A DNA stretch of 64,000 nucleotides from a bacterium (GTDB taxonomy: Bacteria; Hinthialibacterota; Hinthialibacteria; Hinthialibacterales; Hinthialibacteraceae), in NCBI GenBank assembly GCA_963662285.2, contig CAXXMV010000006.1, positions 512,001-576,000 of the forward strand. The letters run 5' to 3'. A model generated the notes under the pieces. It was not told the origin of the DNA. It did not search any database and saw only the letters and a list, made by a program, of their open reading frames with translations. Positions 29,457 to 40,267 of the stretch are shown piece after piece (the stretch's first letter is position 1; every line of letters starts with the position of its first letter). The translations under genes and the position numbers were made by a program.

Positions 29457-29990
29457 ATGGCTGTTGTCCATATTATTTATCATTCTGTAGCAGGGCATAC
29501 TGAAAGACTCGCTGAATCAATTGCTGAAGGCGTTCAGCAGGCGCCCGGCTGCTCAGCACGAATCTTTCCGGTTGAACAGGCTCGCGCGGAGCATGTAACC
29601 AACTGCCAGGGATTATTGCTGGGCTGCCCAACTTACATGGGTAATGTCACCGCCCCCATGAAAAAATTCATTGATGATGTAATCGGTTCGGTCTGGGAAA
29701 AAGGCGGCATTCCCGGCGTGGTTGGTTCAGCCTTCACCAGCAGTGGATCGCTGCACGGCGACAAAGAATTCACCCTGCTGGCGCTTCAGATATCCATGTT
29801 CCAACTGGGCATGACACTGGTCAGCCTGCCTCCCAAAATAATTCAGGAAAATAAAAACCTGGGATACTCCCACGGCGTAGCCACCAGCGTACTGGGACGC
29901 CAGCCCAACATGATTCCCCAGGAAGACCTGATAGTAGCGAGCTGCCTAGGCAAACAAGTAGCGCAAGTTGCCCGCCAAATCTATGGATAA
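29457..29990 (+). CDS. flavodoxin/WrbA-like protein
   Basis: YHSVAGHTERLA, GCPTYMG, AFTSSGSLHG. Confidence 0.9.
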   Translation: MAVVHIIYHSVAGHTERLAESIAEGVQQAPGCSARIFPVEQARAEHVTNCQGLLLGCPTYMGNVTAPMKKFIDDVIGSVWEKGGIPGVVGSAFTSSGSLHGDKEFTLLALQISMFQLGMTLVSLPPKIIQENKNLGYSHGVATSVLGRQPNMIPQEDLIVASCLGKQVAQVARQIYG

Positions 29991-29999
29991 AAATCCAAA

Positions 30000-30044
30000 G
30001 TAGGACAAAGCGTAGGATGGGACAAAGCGTAAGCGTGTCCCATC
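30000..30044 (+). repeat. GTAG-footed REP with a partial duplicate upstream
   Basis: GTAGGACAAAGC + GTAGGATGGGACAAAGCGTAAGCGTGTCCCATC. Confidence 0.85.
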
Positions 30045-30059
30045 GGATATTCGATTACC

Positions 30060-30998
30060 TCACCTTTTAATATTCTTCCTAACGCTTACAGGCTTTTCAC
30101 TGCTACTTAATTGATAATTTTCTTTCTTAAGAAGATCATTAACAAATGTATCAGGCGGAGCCATTATATCGATATCATCTTTCTTAATCGTTTTATCAAC
30201 TTTAATATTAGAAAATATATAAATCATAACATATTTCAAATACAATTCATTGGTAACTTCATGGTATTGATATTCATCGAATTTGATCTGAGTTGGAAAT
30301 TGTATTCCATTAATTTCCGTATAATTACTGTAATAGATATTACTATGACCATTATCATGTTTATAAATTATTTCAAATGGAAAAACTGAATTATTCTTTT
30401 TAAATTTCATCAAATAATTCTCCTTTCCATGCATACTAATGTATAAATAAAGATCATCCCCTTTTTCTTCTACCTTTAGTCCATTGTCAATAAAATTGTA
30501 TGCACGTTCGTGTTCAAATAAATAAAGTCTTTCTCTTGTATGTTGTGTTGGAGGCAATATTGCCATATTATTCATCTCGGGATTGTAATCACAATAAAAT
30601 TCATCATCGAACAATATAACCTGCTGACAATTGTTCGTGTCTCCATTAATGCCAATCAATAGTAAATTATGGAAATCATAAGATTTACATTTATAATACG
30701 TTGTACCTGTGACGCCATTAACAAATGAACTTACATTTTTGTCAATTATTGCTTTGATTTCGCTTTCAGATGGTCTTGTGTTTGATCTTCCCAAGTTTGA
30801 GTTAATCCTATCAGTTGCGTATTTCTCTGCTTCTTCTTTATTTTTAAACCTTGGTTTTGAAATGGTCGTACATTCAACATCAAATTGAATAGGCATCATT
30901 TGTTTACTATGTTCTTTTAGTTTTTCCATAAATACATTGGCATCTTCAACATTAGCCGCTGACACAATCATTAATGCTATCAAATACGGTTTAAACAT
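30060..30998 (-). CDS. AT-rich secreted hypothetical protein (LolA-like fold possible)
   Basis: Signal peptide; C-terminal YSNYTEINGIQFPTQI...FSNIKVD. Confidence 0.6.
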   Translation of the reverse strand: MFKPYLIALMIVSAANVEDANVFMEKLKEHSKQMMPIQFDVECTTISKPRFKNKEEAEKYATDRINSNLGRSNTRPSESEIKAIIDKNVSSFVNGVTGTTYYKCKSYDFHNLLLIGINGDTNNCQQVILFDDEFYCDYNPEMNNMAILPPTQHTRERLYLFEHERAYNFIDNGLKVEEKGDDLYLYISMHGKENYLMKFKKNNSVFPFEIIYKHDNGHSNIYYSNYTEINGIQFPTQIKFDEYQYHEVTNELYLKYVMIYIFSNIKVDKTIKKDDIDIMAPPDTFVNDLLKKENYQLSSSEKPVSVRKNIKR

Positions 30999-31066
30999 AT
31001 TCTTTCCTTTGCTATTATTAGTTTATTATGATAATGAATAACTATTTTCAAACAAATTCGATATAT

Positions 31067-33928
31067 TCAATTAGACCTGATATCAGGATCTCTTCTCACA
31101 TTTCCTCCTGAACTAACGTCCTCTAAAGCAATATCACCAATATCTAAATGTTCACCCATTGGTGATTTATCAATTATTTGAAAACAAGATCGATACCCTG
31201 TATTTGTGATAACCAGACACATATGGGGTGAAGACAATTCTTGAAAGAAAAAGCGCCCATCCTCACCAGTAATTATTTTTGGAATATCTCCAGCCAATTG
31301 AACCTGTCTGTGATCGCCTCTCACCGTAACCATTGTGGAGTATCCCTGTAGGTGCAATTTCTGATAATAGTCCATACTGCTAACTCCATATTGAACTGCC
31401 ACGTATGCATCCTTGAGAGGATTTCCAGTTTCTTGACAAACAATTCGTCCACTTAATGAATAAGGAGGTTGTAATTGGATAATGACGCCGGTCTTCACTT
31501 CTTCCGGCTCGAAACGATACGAATCGCTGTAGCCAAGGTTGCCATCAATGTTTCTAGCGACAAAAACAAATGGAGAATCCCGCGAGTCTATCCCCGTAAG
31601 ATGAAACTCACCGGCGGCAGAAAAGAAAGGAGTCCAATTGTGAGTTTTAGAATCTATTGGTGGTGAGTGCAATGTTGAGTTTCTTGATGCAAAAGGCAGT
31701 ATCTCAAAATCCTGCACAGGTTGATTGTCTGAGCCGATGACAGTCCCATATACCTCGAATGTATAATCCTGAGATTTTTCATCCAATACTATTGTCAATT
31801 CTTTACTATCAAGCCGCACATCTTCCACCGATTTTGATTCATAATCCTTAGGCTCTTCTTGAATGGCTGTAAATTTTATCAGATCACATTCTCCACACTG
31901 ATTATCCATTTTAGCGGCATCCACATAAAACAATCCATCATCCAAAGTTGTATATATTTTTTGTCCATAAATAACTGGCGCTGGCTTGGAATTTTCCGAG
32001 TAGAGCAAAGCATATATATTGACTCGTGAGACAGGGACATTATTTTCGTCAGTAACAATGCCTTCCAGAATATCTTTGTTGTCATGCAAAGTGAAATTCG
32101 CCGTACATGCTCCATCTTCTGGTATATGTACTTTCTTGGATTTTTCATCATCCGGCATCTTATACCCAACCGCTTGAGCGCGGGCCAGGCATAATCCCGG
32201 TTGGGAATACATTCCATAGCAACCTTCAGAATCGGTGACCTGACAACCTCTTGGTTGTATGTATTCACCCATTTTGACATATAGACAGACAGTAGCGCCA
32301 TCAATACCGCTGCCTGATGAATCCATAACTTTTCCTACTATATTAGGCTCTTCATTAAACAAGATATCAACATTGTTTATTCGCTCTCCAGGTTTAGGTT
32401 TAAGAACTGACGAACTAGATATTCCATAGAACGAATGTTCAGCCATTACAGACACTTTCGTTTTATCCGATAGGTCAAATAATCCCTCTAACTCATATTT
32501 TCCTTCTTTGTCAGAAAAAGCCTTTTCTCCAACGTCATAGTTTCCCCGGTATCCATATCTTGTTGCTCTATCAGTGTTAAAATATAAAGATACTTCTGTA
32601 TTTTCAACTGGTAATTTCTGATTATTCATTACTTTTCCAGATATAAACCAGGCGGGTTTCGCCCAAATGATTATATCTGACACGCTTTCGCTCAAGTAAT
32701 TAGACAGAGAAAAAGGCATATTGGCCCCTAGTCCTTGATACCTGCTATAATCTCCCGTCATAAATCCTTTCAACTCATCTAATGTTAATACATACTCGCC
32801 AGGATAAAGATCGGGGAATGCAAATTCTCCAGAGGCGCAGGTTGTACATGATAGTACTGATAAATTTAATTTATTTTTAGATTGGCATATTACAGTTGCT
32901 GACGCAATAGGTTTGTTAGTATTAAATTCAAGAACTTTCCCCGAAATGGAAAAGAGAGTAGGCTGGATTTCAATTTTTACTTTTAAGAAATCAGTTTGAC
33001 GTACATCAATTTCTGTAACGCAGCTGATCCCGAAATGTGAGGCAGTAGCCGTAATAGTATATTTAGATGGGGGAATATCATGGAAATACGCTGAGCCGGA
33101 AACATTAGTTTTCTTGGTCAATAGCAATATCCCGGCTTTACGAACCAATGATGATAATGAAATATCAATGCCGCCTAGCGGATTATCTTTATCGTCAACC
33201 GTCAGCACATTTATATCTACAACATTTTTCAGTACAACTCTAATTTGATCATCACCAGCTTGGCATTCAACTGATTTTGGTAAAAACTGAGGATGGCTGA
33301 CCGAAACAATATATGAACCGGATACCAAAGGGTGAAATGTAAATAAACCTTCTTCAGATGAAATTTCACTTAAAGAATTGCTGTTGACATAATCCGATTC
33401 CTGAACCTTCTTAATCAATATCTTGGCATTTTTGATTCTGACTCCAGAACAATCTTCCACAAATCCCGCTATTTTTTTTTCTCTCTCCAGACAAACTGGA
33501 ATAAATGAAAAAGATCGATCCCCCTCATACGGTAGAGCGATCTTTTTATCGAAGAAATCACTACAAGAAACTATGATTGATTGATGGACGTCTGAATTGT
33601 ATTGAAAATAACATGTTCCTTCATTGTTGGTGAACTTGGATATGCAAATACTATCTTCTATATCTCTAACGGATACATTTGCACTATCGATGGGATTATC
33701 ATTTTCATCCCTGACGAGCATTTCGATTTTATGATTGCTGGTAGTAACTTTGGCAGATTGAGGCGAGTTATCGGATTGAGCACCAGTCGTCGAATCAGAA
33801 ATCGGTCGAGTTAGAATCCTATGATCTTTTCCATTATTATCTGAATTAAATATCGTTATCGAAAATAAGAAAATCACGATAAAACTTATTATACATATCG
33901 ACGAAGATATAAAAATTTTGTTTTTCAT
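31067..33928 (-). CDS. large membrane-anchored protein with carboxypeptidase-regulatory-like (prealbumin-like) repeats
   Basis: Repeated ISGKV...PIASATV...T..DG.F units; N-terminal TM. Confidence 0.85.
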   Translation of the reverse strand: MKNKIFISSSICIISFIVIFLFSITIFNSDNNGKDHRILTRPISDSTTGAQSDNSPQSAKVTTSNHKIEMLVRDENDNPIDSANVSVRDIEDSICISKFTNNEGTCYFQYNSDVHQSIIVSCSDFFDKKIALPYEGDRSFSFIPVCLEREKKIAGFVEDCSGVRIKNAKILIKKVQESDYVNSNSLSEISSEEGLFTFHPLVSGSYIVSVSHPQFLPKSVECQAGDDQIRVVLKNVVDINVLTVDDKDNPLGGIDISLSSLVRKAGILLLTKKTNVSGSAYFHDIPPSKYTITATASHFGISCVTEIDVRQTDFLKVKIEIQPTLFSISGKVLEFNTNKPIASATVICQSKNKLNLSVLSCTTCASGEFAFPDLYPGEYVLTLDELKGFMTGDYSRYQGLGANMPFSLSNYLSESVSDIIIWAKPAWFISGKVMNNQKLPVENTEVSLYFNTDRATRYGYRGNYDVGEKAFSDKEGKYELEGLFDLSDKTKVSVMAEHSFYGISSSSVLKPKPGERINNVDILFNEEPNIVGKVMDSSGSGIDGATVCLYVKMGEYIQPRGCQVTDSEGCYGMYSQPGLCLARAQAVGYKMPDDEKSKKVHIPEDGACTANFTLHDNKDILEGIVTDENNVPVSRVNIYALLYSENSKPAPVIYGQKIYTTLDDGLFYVDAAKMDNQCGECDLIKFTAIQEEPKDYESKSVEDVRLDSKELTIVLDEKSQDYTFEVYGTVIGSDNQPVQDFEILPFASRNSTLHSPPIDSKTHNWTPFFSAAGEFHLTGIDSRDSPFVFVARNIDGNLGYSDSYRFEPEEVKTGVIIQLQPPYSLSGRIVCQETGNPLKDAYVAVQYGVSSMDYYQKLHLQGYSTMVTVRGDHRQVQLAGDIPKIITGEDGRFFFQELSSPHMCLVITNTGYRSCFQIIDKSPMGEHLDIGDIALEDVSSGGNVRRDPDIRSN

Positions 33929-34225
33929 CTCAGACTCCATTTGCACAAAAGAAAACATAATACTACGATTTATTTATACGTACATCGTCCATATAAACAA
34001 TAATATTCATACAGTAACATATATTACTATTAAACGTCAACAAAATATAATTATGTTCATGAACAATAAGCATATCGTCTTAATTGTGAGATTATAAAAC
34101 AAAATTTAAGTAGATTAGATAAAAGCCAAGTATGGATTTCACTTCTCACTGGATGATGTAAGGCTATTAGAACTCTGCTTCAGAAGATCAACAGCTTTAG
34201 TTTGGAATTCATTATTTCTTGTATG

Positions 34226-34328
34226 CTGGACGACAAGGGCAAGTCCGCAATGCAGTCAGCCCTTGATATATCATTTATGATTTTGCGTACCTCTTTAGGT
34301 CTGGTTTTGCCTTGCCCTTGGCGTCCGG
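34226..34328. repeat. family B palindrome plus inverted partial copy
   Basis: CAAGGGCAAG...CAGCCCTTGAT and CTTGCCCTTGGCGTCC. Confidence 0.7.
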
Positions 34329-34335
34329 TATATTT

Positions 34336-34626
34336 TTATGCACCAATTTCCGCCAAAGGTTGGATATGGGTGGTTGGCATGTGCAACGATAGATCATGAG
34401 TTGCCTGAAGATTAAGCCAAAACTCAGGTGATGTGCTGAAGGCGCCTGCAAGCAACCATGCCGTATCAGGGGATATGCTTCTCTTGCCCCTGATTATTTG
34501 ATTAATTCTTTGCACAGGAATGCTAATATGAGTTGCCAACGCCTTTGGCGAAATCCCCATAGGCTCCAGAAATTCTTTCAGAAGAATAACACCGGGATGA
34601 GTTGCTTTTCTGTTGGATGGAATCAT
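34336..34626 (-). CDS. higA: HigA/VapI-family HTH antitoxin (no adjacent toxin)
   Basis: HPGVILLKEFLEP, RINQIIRGKRSISPDTA, FWLNLQ. Confidence 0.9.
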   Translation of the reverse strand: MIPSNRKATHPGVILLKEFLEPMGISPKALATHISIPVQRINQIIRGKRSISPDTAWLLAGAFSTSPEFWLNLQATHDLSLHMPTTHIQPLAEIGA

Positions 34627-34855
34627 CTTGAATTCTCCGATCTCCAAATGAAACAACCATGCATATAGATTAACTTATACACGATATCCATGCAATACGC
34701 TTTTTGATTCTAAATGTATAATGTTGCAAAGAGCAAGTCCATTTACTGCAATAAAATCGATCTAATATATCCTGCGCCGTTACGTTCATCTTGACATATT
34801 GCGTCCTCTAAAGCAGCATCCACAATAAGAACTTATTATAGGGGAATACAAAAAC

Positions 34856-35512
34856 ATGATTACTCCAAAACGAAAAGGCCGTAATATTCATATCATTCTA
34901 GAAACCGGCATTATGGCGGTTATCAGGGCGCAGAGCAGTGATCAACTGGTGGATGTGGCAAGCGCATTGCGTGATGGCGGCGTCAAAGCTATCGAAGTGA
35001 CCATGACCACTCCCAATGCTCTGGAAGTGATCAACAAAGTATCCGAGTTGATGAAAGACGATTGCGTGATCGGCGTCGGAACGGTGCTTGATCCCGAAAC
35101 AGCCCGCGCCGCTATTTTGGCAGGCGCTGAATTTGTGGTTAGCCCGACTTTGAATCTCGATACTATCAAGATGTGCCGGCGTTACTCCGCCGTATGCGTT
35201 CCCGGCGCTTTTACGCCAACAGAAATTCTCACCGCCTGGGAAGCAGGCGCGGATGTCGTCAAAGTCTTTCCTGCTACTGGACTGGGTCCCCAGTTTTTCA
35301 AAGACGTGCTCGGTCCGCTTCCACAAGTGCGACTCACCCCGACTGGAGGAGTCAGTCTTGATACGGTAGCAGATTTCATCAAAGCAGGCGCCAGTTGCGT
35401 TGCTGTAGGCGGCAATCTGGTAACCAAGCAGGCATTATCTGATAAAGACTGGAGCAGCATAACCAATACAGCTCAAGATTTTATAGAGCGAATCAAATCC
35501 GCCAGAGAATAA
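34856..35512 (+). CDS. eda: KDPG/KHG aldolase
   Basis: IEVTMTTP, GVGTVLD, PGAFTPTEI, VKVFPA, PTGGV. Confidence 0.93.
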   Translation: MITPKRKGRNIHIILETGIMAVIRAQSSDQLVDVASALRDGGVKAIEVTMTTPNALEVINKVSELMKDDCVIGVGTVLDPETARAAILAGAEFVVSPTLNLDTIKMCRRYSAVCVPGAFTPTEILTAWEAGADVVKVFPATGLGPQFFKDVLGPLPQVRLTPTGGVSLDTVADFIKAGASCVAVGGNLVTKQALSDKDWSSITNTAQDFIERIKSARE

Positions 35513-35688
35513 AAAATATTATATTTTTTGATATCCAGCCTGGACGCCATACATCCTGATGATTGTCCCGGTCGATCAATCTGAACCGGAGTTTTTAATC
35601 AATCTATAAACCACAGCTCATTGGGCTTGCCATTAGTCGTAAAATGTCCATAAATATAGTTGATAATTGAGAAAGAAGGAGAATAAAC

Positions 35689-36675
35689 ATGCCGGAATTG
35701 GTAACTTTTGGCGAAGCAATGATCCGTCTATCACCGCCGGATTTCATGCGCCTTGAACAGACTCATACTCTCGACGTCAAAATCGGCGGCGGAGAATATA
35801 ATGTAGCCGTAGCAGGACAACGCCTTGGGATTTCGAGCGCTTTTGTTTCACGTGTACCTAAAAATCCCCTGGGACGCATGATTGAAAATAAAGCCCGTGA
35901 GCATGGCGTCGACACATCTCACCTGGTATGGGCGGATGATGAACGCGCCGGGATATATTTTGTCGAATTTGGCGCCAAACCACGCGCCAGCAGCGTGCTT
36001 TACGACCGGCGCGACTCGGCGATCAGCAATATCGAACCCGGCATGATTGATTGGGATGTAGTTTTTGCTGACGCTAAACTTTTCCATGTCAGCGGAATCA
36101 CTCCCGCGCTATCCAGCAATGCCGCTGCCGTCACTAAAGAAGCGATGGAAAAAGCCAAGGAAAATGACGTCACGGTCAGCGTCGATCTGAATTACCGCGC
36201 CAAACTTTGGACTGAGACGGAAGCCCAGCAGTGCATGACCGATCTGATGGAACATACCGACATCCTTATCACCACCGAAGAAGACACTATGCGCGTCTTC
36301 AAGATTGAGGGTGAAAATTATGAAGAAGTAGCCCAAAAACTTCATGAGCGTTTCGGTTTCCAGGTGGTGGCCATCACCTTGCGCGAGAATATTTCGGTCT
36401 GGAAGAACAACTGGTCAGCCATTGTTCTCTATGAAGGGAAAATTTACTCGGCGCCGACTTACGAAGTTGAAATCGTTGACCGGGTTGGCGGAGGCGACTC
36501 TTTTTCCGCTGGCTTCCTGAGCGGATACCTGACTGGCGATATCGATTACGCTGTTAAATTCGGCGTGGCTTTCTCTGCGCTGAAGCATTCCATTCCCGGC
36601 GACCTGAATTGGAGCACCAAGGAAGAAGCCCAAAGATTAATGGAAGGCGGCGGAACGTTGCGCATCATCCGTTAG
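35689..36675 (+). CDS. kdgK: 2-keto-3-deoxygluconate kinase (PfkB family)
   Basis: FGEAMIRLSP, DLNYRAKLW, DRVGGGDSF; adjacent to eda. Confidence 0.88.
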   Translation: MPELVTFGEAMIRLSPPDFMRLEQTHTLDVKIGGGEYNVAVAGQRLGISSAFVSRVPKNPLGRMIENKAREHGVDTSHLVWADDERAGIYFVEFGAKPRASSVLYDRRDSAISNIEPGMIDWDVVFADAKLFHVSGITPALSSNAAAVTKEAMEKAKENDVTVSVDLNYRAKLWTETEAQQCMTDLMEHTDILITTEEDTMRVFKIEGENYEEVAQKLHERFGFQVVAITLRENISVWKNNWSAIVLYEGKIYSAPTYEVEIVDRVGGGDSFSAGFLSGYLTGDIDYAVKFGVAFSALKHSIPGDLNWSTKEEAQRLMEGGGTLRIIR

Positions 36676-36758
36676 AACGCTTTTCATATCTGTATGTAAT
36701 ATGCAGATATTTTGCCTTATCTATAAATAATAAATAATGAGTCGGTAAAAAGTGGTGT

Positions 36759-36788
36759 GGTGGGCTAAAAGCGTAAGCGTAGCCCACC
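36759..36788 (+). repeat. REP family A
   Basis: GGTGGGCTAAAAGCGTAAGCGTAGCCCACC. Confidence 0.9.
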
Positions 36789-36827
36789 ACTTTCCGCTAT
36801 TCTGATTCATGAATCATCTACGTATTC

Positions 36828-38696
36828 TTAATCTTCACCCAGCCTGGCATCCATAGAAACCTGCTGATAGAGATTGCCGAAATGATCGCATAACTCTTTT
36901 ATCTGCGTAAAATAACCGATTAATTTAGGCAGCCATTCTTCCGGTTTTTGTGCAGAAATATCCCAAAAAGATGAACGGCTGACATCAACCAACAGCCGCT
37001 CCAGCGCTGATTGCAACTCATGATAAAGCCGGTAGCCGCGCTCGATTTCGACGCGTACTTGTAGAACGCTATCCGGTAAGGTGACATCTGGATCAGCAGC
37101 ATCTAAAGAAGATAAATCCACCAACGCCGCTTGCGCTGCATTTGCGCATTGCATGAGATGGTGGGCTATCTCATGCAAACTCGCTTTGGTTTTATTTAGG
37201 TTTCGCTTGGGCAATTTTTGATCAAAGAAACTGCTGGCGTCAATCGGCTTTGAGCAATGCAGTTTGATGGCGTCCATCAATGGCATGAGCTCTGTTCCGG
37301 AAATCCTGGCGCCTCCCTCGCTGGCATCAATGCAGAGCCGTTTTGATTGGCCTATCAGCGACTCAAGCAGCCGCAGCGATTCATAAAAGTTGGGTGATGT
37401 GGGGTATGATTCACCATCAATGCCTTCCACTTCAATGGCCTGAACCAGGTCGGTCGCCTCACCCCGTTGGTAGGTTAGTTGCTGTGCGGATGATGCATAA
37501 GACGTCTCTGAAAGCAGCGCCGTATGGGCTGCGTGCGAGGCTCCCCCTTCTTTCGCGAAACAGAAATCGAGACCGACGAAAATTATGGGATTGCAATCCA
37601 TGTGAACCGCCATATTAAACGCAGTAAGCGCAACATTAGTGCTGTGGGGCAGGGGATCATCCCTCCCGATTTCGAGACCTTCAATATATTGGTGCAGCGC
37701 ATGGTTGCGGTTGGGCATTACAATTTTGGGTCCGGTGAATTTCAGTGCAATATCGGATGCGATTTGAGGATCGAAAATCAGCGTCGTTGAATCGATTCCG
37801 CTTAAGCCTTCAAAATGCGCCCGGTTGCGCTCACTGGGGTCTTTGGATACAACGAAGTGCGCTTCGATGCCATAATTCAGTAGTATACGCAGACTGGTAT
37901 CGACCGCGAAAATCCAGGCTTTGCCGCAAGCCTGATGCAATTGATTTATATTTTTATCTAATGAAGGTCCAGCAGCTACTATGATAGCCGGTTGACCAGC
38001 CGCCATGCCTTTGACCTGCCCTGGAAGCCTGGCGTCAACCATGGCGGGAATATTACGTACAATATTTTCCTGGCAAATAACGCCCATCTCAGCCATATGA
38101 CGCAGAATCCCTGCTTTTCGGTCTGTCAGTTTTTGCATCTCACCACGCAGAAAATCAATAGCATTTTTTGGATAAATACCAGCGAAAGGCAAGGGCAGAA
38201 TTGTCGCATCACGCGGCAACAACAGTTCGATCAGATTCTGGAATACTTGCGCAAATGCTTGCGAATCGCAGCCCGCAATTATTTCCAGCCGCTTGGCGCA
38301 TGCCAGTTGTTGCAGGTTAATATGATCCAGCGAAGCATACAACAGAGCAGTTTCAGGCTCGAAAATTATTATAGCTTCCACCGCTGCGCCATGTTGCTTT
38401 ACCCATTCCACTACGTGATATCCCATTCCCCAGCCGATAATTAATACAACCGCATCAGCAGGGGGAGGCTGAGAAGCCGCCCAGCGTTGCGCTTCTTTTA
38501 TAGGATCATATCGGCTGTGCAGTAAAAGGGTGCGTTCACCACCATAGATAGCCAGCGTCGGCGCTCCGGCTTTTGAATCAACTATAGAAGGATGCATAGT
38601 TCCCGGCTCGAACTGCCGGTTAGCAATTCGATGAGCTAACAGTGGAAACCGGGTTTGGAGAAAATATATATTCGCAAGGCGTAGATCGTTGGTCAT
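36828..38696 (-). CDS. motility-associated factor (Maf, MAF_flag10/DUF115) family glycosyltransferase
   Basis: LHSRYDPIKEA, GWGMGYH, IVAAGPSLDKN, PIIFVGLDF, IDASEGGARI. Confidence 0.9.
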   Translation of the reverse strand: MTNDLRLANIYFLQTRFPLLAHRIANRQFEPGTMHPSIVDSKAGAPTLAIYGGERTLLLHSRYDPIKEAQRWAASQPPPADAVVLIIGWGMGYHVVEWVKQHGAAVEAIIIFEPETALLYASLDHINLQQLACAKRLEIIAGCDSQAFAQVFQNLIELLLPRDATILPLPFAGIYPKNAIDFLRGEMQKLTDRKAGILRHMAEMGVICQENIVRNIPAMVDARLPGQVKGMAAGQPAIIVAAGPSLDKNINQLHQACGKAWIFAVDTSLRILLNYGIEAHFVVSKDPSERNRAHFEGLSGIDSTTLIFDPQIASDIALKFTGPKIVMPNRNHALHQYIEGLEIGRDDPLPHSTNVALTAFNMAVHMDCNPIIFVGLDFCFAKEGGASHAAHTALLSETSYASSAQQLTYQRGEATDLVQAIEVEGIDGESYPTSPNFYESLRLLESLIGQSKRLCIDASEGGARISGTELMPLMDAIKLHCSKPIDASSFFDQKLPKRNLNKTKASLHEIAHHLMQCANAAQAALVDLSSLDAADPDVTLPDSVLQVRVEIERGYRLYHELQSALERLLVDVSRSSFWDISAQKPEEWLPKLIGYFTQIKELCDHFGNLYQQVSMDARLGED

Positions 38697-38830
38697 TTTG
38701 TATTATGGATCAATAATAACAAGTAGTAATTTTTTGTTATTATATATCGTTTATTGTAAAAACCACAAAGTATGCTCCGCTATTTGCTCTTATCCTATCA
38801 TTTCAAATAAGCCTAATCTAAAATCATTAT

Positions 38831-40267
38831 GTGATGAATAGAACCAATGCGATAAGTAAATCCATATCATTAATTGCGCCTGCAAGTGGACCGGGCGTGA
38901 TCTTTCTTGTATTCCTGACCACGGTCATTCTTACTGTGGCGGGAATCGTATGGCCTCCATATTCAGCGTTGGCGGCGGCGGCCATTATACCGGCGGTTTT
39001 TCTGGTGATTGCCCGGCCCGACTGGGCTTTCGCCCTTTTTTTCGCAGCCGAAACCCTCTTTTCAGAAGATATTCTACTGGTGACGGAAGAACTGCAACAA
39101 ACAATATACCGCATCCCCTTGCCCTATATCGGCGTCAACTGCTTTGAATTGGTATTGATTATCCTGGTGATCGTCACACTGCTCCAGCGTAGCGGAAAGA
39201 TTTTAGGAACCCGTCTCGATGCAATCATCATCCTCTTCGCGCTGGTCAGCGTAATGGGCTATGCGACCTGTTTGATTTTGTATCATGATCCCGCACGGGT
39301 ATTCGAACCCCGTCGGCTGGCGCATTTCTTCGTCGCTTATTTCCTGACCGTGAATTTAATCCGCAGCCGGGATTCATTGCGCGTCTTTTTAACCCTGTTC
39401 TTTTTAGCGGTAACTTTCAAAGCCTTGCAGGGAGTCTATCTATTCACCGCTGGTTCTGGATTGCTTATCAAATGGAAAATCCGCGCCATCTTTACTGGTT
39501 GGGAAGACTCGCTCTGTTTTGTCACCTTTCTTCTTATGATCGGCGCCTTATGGATTGACCAGGTCAAATTTCCCGGAAAAAAATGGTTTCTGCTGCTGGC
39601 GCCTATGGTCTTTTTCTCCTTCTTATTCTCATATAAACGGGCGTACTACGTCGCAATCATGGCCGGATCAGCGGCGCTTTTCTGGGTGCAGGGAGGAAAA
39701 TCCCGCATCCGTTTGATAAGTTTCGCTCTGATTGCGGCGATAATTATGATGATTCTTATCACCGCCGCTGGTCAATGGACCGCCATCGGTATGCGTTTCG
39801 AATCAATTCTACACCCCACAAAAGAAAGCAGCGCCAACTACCGGTTAGTCGAATGGCGCAACGCCCTCATCAGCATCCGCAAACACCCGCTTTGTGGAAT
39901 AGGTCTGGGCGGCGTTATGCCAATGGAGGTCTGGTTGTCGCGCACCAATTTACTCGGCGTGCATAACACCTTCCTGTGGGTGACGGTCAAGTTGGGAGTA
40001 TTAGGGCTCTTCTCGCTATTGCTGCTTCATTTCGCATTTCTGAAAAGGCTCTTTCATCAGAACAAAGTCCTGCGCGACCCATACCTGCGCGCTCTGTCAA
40101 AGGGAATAACCTGCACCTTCATCGCCTTCAGCGCGGCGGAAATGTTCGCGCCCATGTTTACCCAGATGCGTACTGCATTATGGCTGGGAGTTTTTCTTGG
40201 GATTGGAATGATGCTCAGCAGTATTGATAGACAGGACGATAAATCGTCTTTAACTCAGTCTGATTAG
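38831..40267 (+). CDS. O-antigen ligase / Wzy_C family membrane protein
   Basis: About 12 TM segments; SANYRLVEW, PLCGIGLGG, VHNTFL. Confidence 0.88.
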   Translation: MMNRTNAISKSISLIAPASGPGVIFLVFLTTVILTVAGIVWPPYSALAAAAIIPAVFLVIARPDWAFALFFAAETLFSEDILLVTEELQQTIYRIPLPYIGVNCFELVLIILVIVTLLQRSGKILGTRLDAIIILFALVSVMGYATCLILYHDPARVFEPRRLAHFFVAYFLTVNLIRSRDSLRVFLTLFFLAVTFKALQGVYLFTAGSGLLIKWKIRAIFTGWEDSLCFVTFLLMIGALWIDQVKFPGKKWFLLLAPMVFFSFLFSYKRAYYVAIMAGSAALFWVQGGKSRIRLISFALIAAIIMMILITAAGQWTAIGMRFESILHPTKESSANYRLVEWRNALISIRKHPLCGIGLGGVMPMEVWLSRTNLLGVHNTFLWVTVKLGVLGLFSLLLLHFAFLKRLFHQNKVLRDPYLRALSKGITCTFIAFSAAEMFAPMFTQMRTALWLGVFLGIGMMLSSIDRQDDKSSLTQSD

